64,000 bases of DNA from Octopus vulgaris (GCA_951406725.2 OX597828.1:55862001-55926000), one strand, 5' to 3'. Positions 13,056 to 26,092 are shown, numbered from the stretch's first letter. Notes: generated by a model from the sequence alone, not told the origin. Made by a program: numbers and translations.

Positions 13056-13282
13056 ATAATAGTGGAGTAGGCCAGTTTATGGCGTTACCCTGGGTTTCCC
13101 GCTCATAAGGGGTTTAGCCATACGGCGTATTTTTAGACTCTTAACACTGCTTGACTGAGACCTCATTAAAACATCTTTCAAAGAGGTCACAGACCAGCAG
13201 TGTTTGCTGAAGATGTTTGCTAAACCCCTTATGAGCGAAAAACCCAAAGTAATCCCATAAACCGACCTACTCCAGTATAATA
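13056..13282. repeat. Imperfect ~65-bp inverted repeat element between microsatellites
   Basis: ggagtaggccagtttatgg...gctcataaggggtttagc versus gctaaaccccttatgagc...ccataaaccgacctactcc. Confidence 0.75.
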
Positions 13283-13343
13283 TTAACTAGTCTACATCTT
13301 AGAGTATGCTTCTCCTCCAGAGTTATGTATCTCTACAAGCGAT

Positions 13344-13385
<42 letters not shown>

Positions 13386-13389
<4 letters not shown>

Positions 13390-13636
13390 AAAATTCAAGG
13401 TGAATACTTGATAATTGTAAGCACCTGTATATACCATTTGGTGGTGTAGGTGGTAGAGTATATTAATCAAAATAAAAACATGATGCCAAGGATTCAGCGG
13501 TACATATGTTTCGGGCCTTTATTAGACGGATTTATAACAATGTGTGTGTGCGTGTGTGCGTATTGTTATAAATCCGTCTAATAAAGGCCCGAAACATATG
13601 TACCGCTGAATCCTTGGCATCATGTTTTTATTTTGA

Positions 13637-13642
<6 letters not shown>
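13386..13642 (-). mobile_element. Palindromic element copy 2 (same family as 12651, opposite orientation)
   Basis: Perfect 81-bp arms 13461-13541 / 13562-13642 around a (TG)n loop; 13386-13541 is the reverse complement of about 12814-12968. Confidence 0.8.
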
Positions 13643-13723
<81 letters not shown>

Positions 13724-13731
13724 ATACAAAC

Positions 13732-13767
<36 letters not shown>

Positions 13768-14071
13768 TATGAGAGGTAATGGTGTCAACAAGACACAACG
13801 GTGTCAGGTAATGCTGAAGAAGTGCCATGGACAGACTATAGTTAAGCTCGCGGTTCGATGATTACAAGCCCTATGCTTGGAATGACCAACTACAAATACT
13901 ACTGGAACTTACTTACAAGGTACAGGAATCTTTTATATATACCATTGTGTCTAAATGATGGAACTACAGATAGAATATCCCTGCATATATCGTGTCTACT
14001 TTCATTCCTCCACTTCACTCTCGATTTCATATCTTATCTAGAATAATTATTGCTTAACCATTTTCTCACAC

Positions 14072-14120
14072 CGTCTCCGCTGAATGGATATATAAATTAT
14101 CCCGGAAACAGCTGTACGAC
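14072..14120 (+). ncRNA. Hammerhead-like motif (CCG-core family)
   Basis: gtct-CCGCTGA-atggata tataaat tatcccg-GAAACAGCTGTA-cgac. Confidence 0.45.
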
Positions 14121-14416
14121 CTATTTATAAATGTCTGAAATATTTCACAGCCTTGGATTTTTATCTCATTCTGTTAATTTTTTTTATACATACATACATA
14201 CATACACACACACATGCATATATATATATATATAAAGCAGCTTAGAGAAGAAGAAGAAGAAACGAAACGAAACCAAACGAATCGAATCGAATCGACGCGA
14301 AGGCGCTCAGTAATACAATAGTGTAAAAAATAAAATATATGCATACATACAAACATATATGTCGGTACCTACATCTACATGTATATATACATGCATATAT
14401 AAATATATATATATAT

Positions 14417-15430
14417 AACGGGAAGCTTTATGAAAATAGACAAAAGACGAAGGCAGGTGGAAAACAAACAAACAATTGTATTAGTATGGCGCTCAGGAAA
14501 TATAAATAAAACAAGTCTTTAACGTTTCGAGCCTACGCTCTTCAACAGAAAGATACACAGAGAGAAAAATAACACAGAAAGAAGGAGAGAAAAAAAATGC
14601 ATGCAGTAACTAACGAATCAACATGGCGATCTGATTTCGGCCAGAGGTCAAAGATCAAACATGAGACGCGAGAGCGAAATAAGGGGGGATAATAGGGTTG
14701 AATGACCAGCTATTAGTGCGTAGGAGGGGTCTGGGCGTGTGTATGTATAGGGTTGGTGTATGTATTAGTATGTATTAGTATGTATAAGGGTGTGTGTGTG
14801 TGTGTGTGTGTATGAGAGAGTATTAGTGCGTAGGATAGGTCTGGACAGGCGTATGTATGGGGTTGGTGTATGTATTAGTATGTATTAGTACGTATTAGTA
14901 TGTATAAGTGTGTGTGTGTGTATGAGAGAGTATAAGTGCGTATGAGGGGTCTGGACGTGTGTATGTATAGGGTTGGTGTATGTATTAGTATGTATTAGTA
15001 CGTATTAGTATGTATTAGTTGGTGTATGTATTAGTATGGCACATCATATATGATGTGATGTGTAAAGTCGTGTGGTGTAGTGAGGAGAAGAGGGGGAGGG
15101 GGAGAAGGGGAGGGGAAGAAGAGGGGGATGAGAGGGGGTAAGGGGAGAAGAGGGGGGAAGGGGATGAGGAGGGGGGGAGGAAGGAGGAAAGGGGGGGGGG
15201 AAGGGGAGTGAGGGAGCAGAGGGAAGGGAAAGAGGGAAGGAGGGAGGGAGAAAGAGGGAAGAAGGGAAGGGGGTAGGGGTGAAAGGATGAAGGACTGAAG
15301 AAGTAGGGGTCGGGGGAGGAAGGATAGGTGAGGAGGAGGGAGAGGGGGTTAGATGAGGAGGCGGGGAGAGTTGAGACCAAATGGCGTATAAGAGCGAAGA
15401 GAGAAGATTAATTCCTGTTCACGGCGCAAA
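14417..15430 (-). mobile_element. 3' end of a Penelope-like element between (TA)n tracts
   Basis: Minus strand: GIY-YIG C-terminus LRREQELIFSLRSYTPFGLN (about 15429-15370), pyrimidine tract, three ~115-bp tandem repeats (14711-15035), then a hammerhead-like motif at 14516-14553. Confidence 0.8.
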
Positions 15431-16050
15431 TATATATATATATATATATATATATTACAGATCGGTAAGTTAGCGTAAATCAAATATTCAATACTGAATG
15501 CCTTAAGTTTTATCGAAACAATACCGCTAATCTTATCCACTTTACTAGAAATGTCAACAGGGTATATTTTTTCCTATCGTGTAATTTATAGATAACTACA
15601 AGCAAACTCGAATGAATGCATGCACTCTTGCTATTTCAATTGGAGAAAAGAAAAGGAAAATATATGTAAAAGGCGCACGTTAAATAATCAGTGTGATATT
15701 TAATTAAAATATAATATCAAAAGTGGACGACCTCGGAATTCCTGCTAGGTAATGTGCTTATCAACAGGTGAACGAAATAGAAAATCAATGCCATCTTATT
15801 TTCTTGTTCTTTTTATTAATTTTTAAAATGAATGATTTCAGGTGTCAGCTTACGTCAAAGATAAGTAACGAATGTATTTTTAGAATAATCCACAAGGCAT
15901 TGTAAGAGATGCATAGAATGAGAGAAAAGGGAGAGAAAGGGAGAGAAAGGGAGAGAAAGGGAGATAGATAGAGAGACAGAGATAAAGAGAGACAGAGAGA
16001 GAGAGAGATAAAGAAAGACAGAGAGAAAGGGATGAAGAGAGAGACAGAAA

Positions 16051-16085
<35 letters not shown>

Positions 16086-17347
16086 CAGGGAAGAGAAAGA
16101 GGGGAAATACATATCTATTTGCTTCCGCTGAATTTATCATTAAAGGGAGAGAATCACTTCAAGGGTAAACTGAAGAACATTTTTTTTGTATCTGTTAAAT
16201 TTTATTCTCTAATTTTTTCTATTGTTAGTGTTGTTGTTGTTTAGCCACGGGTCATTCTTGATTTAGCAAACCCATAATCAAAATCTTTACACTCGTGACC
16301 ATCTTAATCCGTCCTTCTTAGACATAGTTTATCAAGGGCTACATTGCGTTGGACGTTATAATTTGAAATTCGTTTGCTATTTCTGGCACGTACAGTTACC
16401 ACGTACAAACTACTATTTTTGTTTATCTATAGACCTCTTTGATTCTTATTTCAGCCAGAGGTGGGGACCGCATAGCCATTGGGAATTGTATAAAAATATG
16501 TTGAACCAGTTTATTGCACATAAGCATAACAACCAAATCTTATATGTACTTCCAATGACCATTGACGTAGATGTTTCCTTATAATTAGCTATCGTACACA
16601 CATTCAGTGCTTCATCACTGCTGTAAATGTGATGGAAATTTAAGAACTAATCTTTCGTTACTTTGCTATCCTACGAGATATGTGTTTAATAAAATGATAT
16701 GAAAAACACCATTCCAGTGCTTACTTCCTGAAAAGATTCCTCTGCGGCTCTTCAAACGATTATACTAGTTGTTATCTCAATCTCAATATTACGTTAGACA
16801 AACAAATATACATGTACTTGTTACATCCAAGCACACGCCAAACACATATACAGATTTGGTGCACACCGAAACAATTGTTAGTTAAATGTATATATTGGTT
16901 CACAGTGAAATTGCATTATCACCGCACGTTCATATTTATGCTCTACTGAAATGTTATATCCAGAGCGATATGAATGGAAGATTAGATTATTTTTGCAATA
17001 CTCTCTTGAAATATAATTTTCTGTTTTCGTCTACGAAATCACCCCACAAGACTTTGGTCATCCCATGCGATGAGGCAGAACCCAACATAACGTGCTTGGA
17101 AAGCGGCAATTTGGGCACCGTCTGTGAGAAAAACAGCACCATGACGCAATTCACAATTTGCAAACAACATGCTGTACTGCTTGGCATTCGTGCCGGATGT
17201 TCCAATACGAACATTTAAGAGTATTTGGGTGTCAATCTGAAGACAGTGTAATCTGAGGACATGTACCGAGAGTGGTACCGTGGTACACGTATTAGGAGAC
17301 GCTCAGGGAAGGAAAGAAATATTGCATAACGTTTCGAGCAAAGTATG

Positions 17348-17386
<39 letters not shown>

Positions 17387-17408
17387 CAAAGTGGAGTTGT
17401 AGGGTAAT

Positions 17409-17860
17409 TATATACGAAAGAAGGTTTGAAAATGCAATTTTAAAAGATGTTTATTTACTTCACCGGTTTCACTCTTTGGAAAAAGATTGTCAAAAGTATC
17501 ATGTAGAAGTTTGGCTGCGTTAATTATTGGTTGTTATAAATTGCTACATTACATATATACAGTCTTTGGTAACAGGGATATGTTAAGGACATAAAAGAGT
17601 TCAACAAGTTCCTTAAAATATTGGGTACAAAAGATTACTACATAAATAATCATTCTCAATAAGGATCTTGTTAAACATTTTTTATGTCCTTAATATGTCC
17701 TTGTTACCAAAGACTGTATATATGTAATGTAGCAAATTGTAACAACCAATAATTAACGCAACCAAACTTCTACATGTTACTTTTGACAATCATTTTCCAA
17801 AGAGTGAAACCAGTAAAGTAAATAAACATCTTTTAAAATTGCATTTTCAAACCTTCTTTC

Positions 17861-17865
<5 letters not shown>
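17409..17865. repeat. Long inverted repeat (~205-bp arms) between (TA)n tracts
   Basis: 17409-17615 versus 17660-17865, high identity, ~44-nt loop; hammerhead-like motif at 17777-17821. Confidence 0.9.
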
Positions 17866-17906
<41 letters not shown>

Positions 17907-17924
17907 GCATATATATACATATAC

Positions 17925-17975
<51 letters not shown>

Positions 17976-18238
17976 GACACACACACACATACACACAAAC
18001 GAGGATATATACACACGGATAACCACATTATATTTTTTTCAATATGGCTTCCATTTCAATTTACCAAGACAAAAACGAATTCAACTCATTGGAGCATTTT
18101 CATGGAAGATATCACCCATTTTCCAAGCTATGCATCTTTCTTGTATTTGCGCCGCGAGTTTATCAAATTTTCTTTACACACACACTCACACACACTCACA
18201 CACACTCACACACACACACACACACACACATGTTTGTT

Positions 18239-18281
<43 letters not shown>

Positions 18282-18713
18282 TCTTGGTTTATTCATTCTT
18301 TGATAATTACTTTTCTTTCAAAATTTTTTGACGTTAATATTTTTTTTAATTAATTTTATTCAATATATCTATTCAAATGATATGTCAATACAGACAGAAT
18401 AAATAATTTAACTTTACAACAGTTTATCTTCAATTAACTTCCAGATTAATGAACTCATAGCCTTGGCATACATTTAAAGTCTGTGTTCGAAACTAAAAAT
18501 CACGTGGTCTAACTTTAGATTGCGCATGGACAAATGTGAAATTTAAATATGACACGAGAATTGAAAGATAAAATGATGGCGACCTGTTGAAAGCGCGTAT
18601 AATTTGCTAGCATGGACCATGATTTCGCTTATTCTTTCCTTTTAGCTTTGAAAGAGTGGAAGTTCTATCACGTGACAACTGAGAGAAAGCGGGAGAGAGA
18701 GATTTTGTGTGTG

Positions 18714-18756
<43 letters not shown>

Positions 18757-19247
18757 GTGTTTGTGTGTGTAAAGGAGAGAGATTTTGTGTGTGCGAGAAA
18801 AGTTTGTATGTGTTTGTATGTGTGTGTAAAGGAGAGAGATTTTGTGTGTGCGAGAAAAGTTTGTATGTGTTTGTATGTGTGTGTGAATGTGTGTGTGTTT
18901 GTGTGTGTGTGAGAGAGAGAAAGAGAGAGAGAGAGAGTGGGGGAGAGAGGGGAGAGAGAGAGAGAGAGAAAGAAAGAGGACTGCACTTGTTCCCTACTGG
19001 TGCTAATTTCAGCTAAGTAGATTTTAGCTCTGTGAAATGAAGTGCTTTGCTGAATGCAACAACCTACTATCTAGTCCAGGAATCCAAACCACCACATTAT
19101 TTTCATGAGTATAATACCTTAAACGCTAGGACATAGAATATAACCAACGGATTATAAATTTAACGAAAGCAAAACTGAAAATATCGAACAGTAAATTTGA
19201 AGTTAACTACACGGAACCGTTAACTCCCAGCAGTATATGAAACTAAA

Positions 19248-19644
19248 GGCGGCGAGCTGGCAGAGTGGTTAGCGCACCGGGCGAAATGTTTAGCGGTATT
19301 TCGTCTGCCGTTACGTTCTGAGTTCAAATTCCGCGAAGTCGACTTTGCCTTTCATCCTTTCGGGGTCGATTAAATAAGTACCAGTTACGAACTGGGGTCG
19401 ACATAATCGACTTAATCCGTTTATCTGTCCTTGATTGTCCCTTCTGTGTTTAGCCCCTTGTGGGTAGTAAAGAAATAGGTATTTCGGCTGCCGTTAGTTC
19501 AAATTCCCCCGAGGTCGACTTTGCCTTTCATCCTTTCGGTCGATAAATAAGGTACCAGTTACGCACTGGGGTCTATGTAATGGACTTAATCCCCTTGTCT
19601 GTCCCCTATATATTTAGCTCCTTGTGGGCAATTAAGAAATAAGA
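19248..19644 (+). mobile_element. Family-B SINE with duplicated body (dimer)
   Basis: Two tandem bodies; 17-bp TSD agcag(t/c)atatgaaacta (19229-19245 / 19645-19661). Confidence 0.9.
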
Positions 19645-19761
19645 AGCAGCATATGAAACTACTGTAGTAGTTAATCCCACTTAAGCGTGAATGTTTTAAT
19701 TGAACAAATTATACTGCAGATGTTACCATTACAGAAACAGCCACTCGCTTTCTGTTGCATT

Positions 19762-20284
19762 CCCTGCTAGCGATATAAACGAATGCATTTTGCACCAAAA
19801 AATAAAACCATTATGAGAGTTTCTCTCCTGGTAACTGCCGAAAATGGATTGTTCTAATAAAACCTAACCGCTTAAATGAGGATAAATATTATCTCAGTTT
19901 TTATACTGCCTCTGCCGCTCATAGATATTTTTAACAAGATCACTGACTAATCGCAAGAGCAGTGCCTGTTCAGGTAATGTCAATCTATATATCGCTGGTG
20001 GGTGTAGAACCGCTGAGGTGTCTAGCGGTCGAGTATCTCTCATTGACAAACCCAAATCACGTGATCTGGTGGTCTCGGGGCTGGATGCAACGGTGATTTA
20101 TCTCCCCGCCAGCGATATAAACGAGTGCATTTTGCACCAGAAAGACAAGGGGTGTACGTCTCGAATGGTAATTACCCCAGTGTAGTTTGTTCTAATAGTT
20201 CATTCAAGTGAGGATCAAATATTACCTCTTGGCATCACTACTGCTTCTGTCGCCAAAAATATATAGTTTTAACAAGCTATACTG
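19762..20284. repeat. Imperfect ~180-bp direct repeat, period ~340 bp
   Basis: agcgatataaacga(a/g)tgcattttgcacca...gttctaata...tgaggat...tttaacaag at about 19762-19945 and 20104-20284. Confidence 0.7.
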
Positions 20285-20593
20285 TTGTAATGTGATAAGT
20301 TCAATAAACAACTGATAAATAGGAATGCTAAGTATATGCTGAAAACATCATTTCTGAGCTTGTGTTTAAATTAGAACTGAAAGTTCAAGAAACACACGTC
20401 AATGCTATAAAAGTTCTGCTGCTTGACCTCCTCCTCCTCCTCCTCCTCCGCTCCTCCTCTCCTCATCCTCTCCACCTCCTCTCCACCTCCTCTCCTCCCC
20501 TCCCATCTCGACCTCCTCCTCCACCACCTCCTCCTCATCATCATCACCATCGTCATCATCATCATCATGTTTGCATGTGAATATATATAAATA

Positions 20594-21083
20594 CAGTAAT
20601 CCCTCGGCTGTGGAGGCGCGGGGCTTAGTGGTTAGGGGTGTCAGCATCATGACCGTAAGATTGTGGTTTCGATTCCTGGGCCGGACGACGCGTTGTGTTC
20701 TTGAGCAAAACACTCATTTTACGTCGCTCCATTCCACTCAGCTGGCAAAAATGAGTAACGCCTCGATGGACTGGCGTCCCGTCCAGCTGGGGAACACATA
20801 CGCCATAGAAACCGGGAAACCGGGCCCATGAGCCTGGCTAGGCTTTAAAAGGGCGCATTTATTATTTTTTCTTATAACCCCTCGACTATCGCGGATGTTA
20901 CATTCCAAACCCTCCGCAATAGGTGAAAATCCGCGAAGTAGAAACAGTAATGCATATTCTTTGTATTATCTTTATAATTTGTATATATTTATTTTATTAA
21001 AAATGCAAAACAACCGGAAGAATCGACGTATACTTAAAAAATATACCGCGATAGGTGAACCGCGGTATGGCGAGGGATTACTG
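20594..21083. mobile_element. Tigger/pogo-type MITE interrupted by a SINE
   Basis: TA|CAGTAATCCCTCG ... CGAGGGATTACTG|TA terminal inverted repeats with TA TSD. Confidence 0.85.
20611..20874 (+). mobile_element. tRNA-derived SINE inserted in the MITE left TIR
   Basis: ggaggcgcggggcttagtggttaggg...ggtttcgattcc...gttcttgagcaaaacac; duplicated target taatccctcggct / taacccctcgact. Confidence 0.85.
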
Positions 21084-21106
21084 TAAATATACATATATGT
21101 GTGTGC

Positions 21107-21138
<32 letters not shown>

Positions 21139-21806
21139 TCCAACTCACTGATAGAGCATTCGATTTGCATTTGAAAAAAATCCGCGGTCAGTCCTTGTTA
21201 TATTCAAAGCAAATATTTTCAAGGCAGGGCCCAGAATGATACGGTTATATTCATGTTTGTGTGTGTATGTGTGAGTGTGTGTGTCTGTGTGTCTGTGTCC
21301 GTGTGTCTTTGTCCGTGTGTGCGTGCATGTGTGTGTGTTTGTGTGTGTATTTATTCGTCTGTTTGGGTGTATTTATTCTTGTGTGTGTGTGTGTGTGTAT
21401 GTGTGTGTGTGAATATTTCAATGTTGCATTTAGAAACTTGGTCACGCTTAAAGTTCGATAGAGCTGGGCCGTGGTACTTTTAATAATGAAAACATCGTTT
21501 CATAACAAGTGACAGTACAAGTCGGAGTGAAGTAGGAAGACTCTAAAGTAGAAGTAGTGGTATGAGTTGCAGTAACAACAAGTTAGAGGGGGGAGTTGAG
21601 AAGGGGGGAGGGGGAAGGGAAGGGGATGAAGCGATAAGAACGGAAACGTAACAGTGACGGTTGCAAACAGTCGAAGCAAAAATAGTGGCAGGAGCTGGAG
21701 TGAAGGAAGGGCAGATGGGTTTCAACAGTAGTCTGAAGAATGGAATACTAATGCTATGCGCACAAACATAATTTCATATATTTTATAATTCATTTATATC
21801 TATCTC

Positions 21807-21864
<58 letters not shown>

Positions 21865-22095
21865 ATATCTATCTATCTATTCATGTGTGTGTGTGTCTGT
21901 AATTATGCATGTGTATATGTGTGTGTCTATGCACACACACACACACATATATATATACGCACACACACAGATATATATGTAATTGTATACAGGTATATAT
22001 CATTGTACACACGCACACATTATGCACATATATTATAGTAGCAGAGGAGGTAGTAGTAATAATACGCTTGAACACCAAGTGCAACAGTAGAAACA

Positions 22096-22143
<48 letters not shown>

Positions 22144-22418
22144 CAGTTGTAGTTAGTAGTGGGTGTTACAATGGTTGCTGTAAAATTCTCCATTGTTATC
22201 GACACACATGTTGCTATATGAAGATGATAATGGTGTTGCTGTTGTTTGTGGTGTCTTACCGAACCACTCAGTAGTTATCCTGCAGACTTATAAAGGATCA
22301 TAGTCTTTCAAGTCATGACCATCCAACCTGAGAATTTTTATTTATTTATTTATTTAATTATTTATTCATTTTTTTCAAGCTTATATATTTCAAGATGCGT
22401 TTTTTACTTGATATATTA

Positions 22419-22632
22419 AGGTGGTGAGTTGTTGGAACTGTTAGCGCGTGGGTCAAAATGCTTTGAGGTATTTCGTCTGCCGTTACGTTCTGAGTTCAAA
22501 TTCCGCCGAGGTTGACTTTGCCTTTCATTCTTTCGGAGTCGATAAACTAAGTACCAGTTACGCACTGGGGTCGACGTAATCGCCTCGACCCTCCCCGAAT
22601 CTTCAAACCTTGTACCTATAGAGCAAAGGATT
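22419..22632 (+). mobile_element. Family-B SINE
   Basis: ccgttacgttctgagttcaaattccgccgagg...gtcgataaactaagtaccagttacgcactggggtcg. Confidence 0.85.
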
Positions 22633-22744
22633 TTTATTGGATATTTTAAGGCAACGAGGACCGACTGTCACGTGAAGGTAGATGTCCAAAATCAGCAGGA
22701 AGTCACATGCTTATGGAATACATAGATACCCCCCAGTACACATG

Positions 22745-22798
<54 letters not shown>

Positions 22799-22820
22799 TA
22801 TATACATATATATATATAAT

Positions 22821-22854
<34 letters not shown>

Positions 22855-22861
22855 CATATAC

Positions 22862-22958
<97 letters not shown>

Positions 22959-23410
22959 CATATATATATATATGTATATATATGTCTAAATTATATATAT
23001 GTGAACGAGTGTGCATTTATCTACGTGGTTAAGGGTGACGTTTGCGCATTGGCCAATTATAGTATGTGATGCTAAAGCATTTAGTAGTAGGAGCTGAAAA
23101 ACTTAGAGCTACTAGTTGATAGGAAAATACAAAGTGATAGGGGAATATAAACAAACTACAACTATATTTTTCACCTTACTGATTGAAATAGTTATCCATT
23201 ATTGATTATTACTGCCTAAACGTCAAACACACACGCACACAGACATACATACATACATACTCACAGACATACACATATATGTACACACACAAACACATAC
23301 ACACGCGCGCACACACACATACATAGACTCATTTGTATGCTAGTTGAAGGTCATTCAAATATTAGAAACTGTAAGTTGTCCATTGTGAATTTAGACATTA
23401 TTAGTTGCGT

Positions 23411-23421
23411 CACTACTGCTG

Positions 23422-23475
<54 letters not shown>

Positions 23476-23503
23476 GTACTAATACTACTACTACTGCTGC
23501 TAC

Positions 23504-23535
<32 letters not shown>

Positions 23536-23568
23536 ATGATGATGACGATGATGATGATGTAATTACCC

Positions 23569-23627
<59 letters not shown>

Positions 23628-23726
23628 GCTACTGCAACTACTGCTGCTGCTGCTGCTACTGCAACTGCTGCTGCTACCGCTGCTGCTGTTGCTACTGCAA
23701 CTGCTGCTGCTACTGCTGCTGCAGCT
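23411..23726. repeat. (CTA)n/(CTG)n/(GAT)n compound trinucleotide repeat
   Basis: Direct read; explains the poly-T/A ORF at 23337. Confidence 0.9.
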
Positions 23727-24589
23727 AACGTATTTAAGTTATTTGACCGCTAAACAAATCCGATATCTACTTTTGGGGATCACGACACCACAAGATCAAG
23801 AGGCTTATTTTTTTTCTGAGACCGAGAAAATTGCATAAACTTATCGACGTAAAGCGCTATATATATTATTACAGCATTTGGGCTCATTTCTCCGCTAACT
23901 TGGAGTGTTATCTTTGTTAAAGCGAGGTTAGTGTTAAATAGTTTCTAGGCATTAATTAAACTGTTAAATTCAGTTCGAAAATATTTGGACCCAACATATG
24001 ACAATATAAGTCTTAATTGATGAGGAAAGGTCAATTTGTCAGAAAAAGCAAAAGAAAATCACTACATGAGATCTAAAATGTCCTTGAACTGAAAACTCCT
24101 GCAGAAGATTTGATTTGTTTTTTCTCAAACGAGAAAAACTTCAACTAAGATCAAAAAGAAGAAATGAGAGATGATTATGTGCAGACCCTTGTGAAGTTCC
24201 AAGTGTTATGCATACAAAATTTCCTGCAACTGTAATGGCTTTAAGGGTTGTCAGCAATGAAGGAGATGTGATGCCCCTTTACTACTTTCCACAAGGCCTT
24301 AGAGTTAACTCGGCCAGAGTCTGAGTAATGTTCAGAATGAACCAGGACCACTTGATTCGAGCATGTAGATGATTTAGATCTGTGGAAAAATATTAATGTT
24401 TAAAGATAAAAATTATGTCTTAGCTCTGTAAATATTTCAGGGATTTCACTGACAGTATTTGTTCCCTATAAACATCTGCTTCATTTCTGAGGCCTGGTTG
24501 CAAAGAAAGCTGCTCACGTATTTCTGAAGCGACGAGCACTAAATAGAATGATAAAAATTCTTTCACATTTTGGTACAATAACATAAAAT

Positions 24590-24716
24590 CGCTTACCTCG
24601 AGATTTTTTTTTTGACTGGTACTTATTTTATTGGGCTCAGAATATAAAGGGCTGGGAGAAATGCCGTTAAAGTATTTTGTCCGCTGCTCTAATGATTCTG
24701 CTCGCTTGCCGTCTTA
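24590..24716 (-). mobile_element. Degraded family-B SINE, minus strand
   Basis: gactggtacttattttatt...ctcagaat...ctaatgattctgc...ccgtctt. Confidence 0.6.
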
Positions 24717-25192
24717 AATATAATGACAATAATACGCATAAATAGTTGGTGCATACTCTAAAAATTACATCGCCTTTATGAAGAATAAAACGAAATTATG
24801 CAAGTACACAGCATATTGTTACACAGTTTCCATTATTTGGGACATGTAATAGAGACTCGACAAAAAGAAAATGCGACCAATATTTAACTAAAACGCCATA
24901 GAACAACACATGAACACACACACATGCACATAGCATACAAAAATAACACTACTATACATTGTGCTCATCCAACGTAGAGCACTTTCAATGATTCAACAAA
25001 AACAAAAGCAAGAAAAGATCGTCACAAAATGCACACAAAACAGCAAAAGTAAGAGAAATAAGAAATAAAACTCCCTTGATCTTGTATTAAAATACACAAT
25101 AAATATAAAACTATTGAAGTAAAAGAAATTATTGTTGTCATCTAATATTTTCAGTCTTGAAACTTATTGTTTTATACTTTTTCTTCTTACAG

Positions 25193-25325
25193 AGTGGCAT
25201 CGTATCTGCTCTTCCTCATCTTGTTATGGCTATTATTGTACCATTTGGTGGTCAGTTGGCCGATTTTTTGAGGCGAAATGGCTACTTATCAACCACAAAT
25301 GTAAGGAAAATATTTAACTGCGGAG
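25193..25325 (+). CDS. VGLUT: VGLUT coding exon (133 bp)
   Basis: ttacag|AGT...GGA G|gtttgt; [44 protein letters not shown](G); phase 0/1. Confidence 0.96.
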
Positions 25326-25448
25326 GTTTGTATATATCTATATTTATTTATTTAACCACTTTTTAAATACATCTTCAATTGCTTTTCGCAAAATAAATTG
25401 TCTACATGGTACCTGAGTGTAATATTTACACGTACCCACACAGAGATG

Positions 25449-25630
25449 TGTGGAGAAACAATGGCCCAGTGGTTAGGGCAGCGGACTCGCGGTCGGAGGA
25501 TCGCGGTTTCGATTCCCAAACCGGATGTTGTGTGTTTATTGAGCGAAAATACCTAAAAGCGCCACGAGGCTCCGGCAGAGGGTGGTGGCAATCCCTATTA
25601 TACTCTTCCGCCCCAACTTTCTCTGTCCTT
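25449..25630 (+). mobile_element. Family-A SINE head just downstream of the VGLUT exon
   Basis: caatggcccagtggttagggcagcggactcgcggtc...ggtttcgattccc. Confidence 0.85.
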
Positions 25631-26092
25631 TGTTGTTTTCATTCAAAGAGCAGCCATGCTTATTTTAAACGTGAAAGATTACAGGAGAATACAGGTCATG
25701 CTACACAAGCACATCCCATGGAGCAAGAAACTTATCGGAGTTCATATTTAAATCCTGTCTCTCGCTAAATAGTATGCTTTCTTTATTGATCATACAAATA
25801 AAGGAACAGTATACTACGAATGTATACATATATGTGTGTGTGTGAGGGAGAGTGTGTATGTGTGTGTGTGAGAAAGAGATTGTGTTTGCATGTGTGTGTG
25901 CGTGTGTAGGACGAAATTATTTTCAATTAACTAAAATATTTCTTTTGTATAAAGCGATCAACAATAAAACAAAGAAGGAAAAAAGGAATCCAACAATAAT
26001 AATAAATCTAAAATTCAGCGAAATCTAGAAAATATTATCAAGCTACATCTTCATTCAAATAAATACATTAACATATATATATACATTGTCCC

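Noticed and set aside
14711-15035. Regularly spaced repeats resembling a CRISPR array
   Set aside because: Whole units repeat with no unique spacers; eukaryotic minisatellite inside a PLE 3' UTR.
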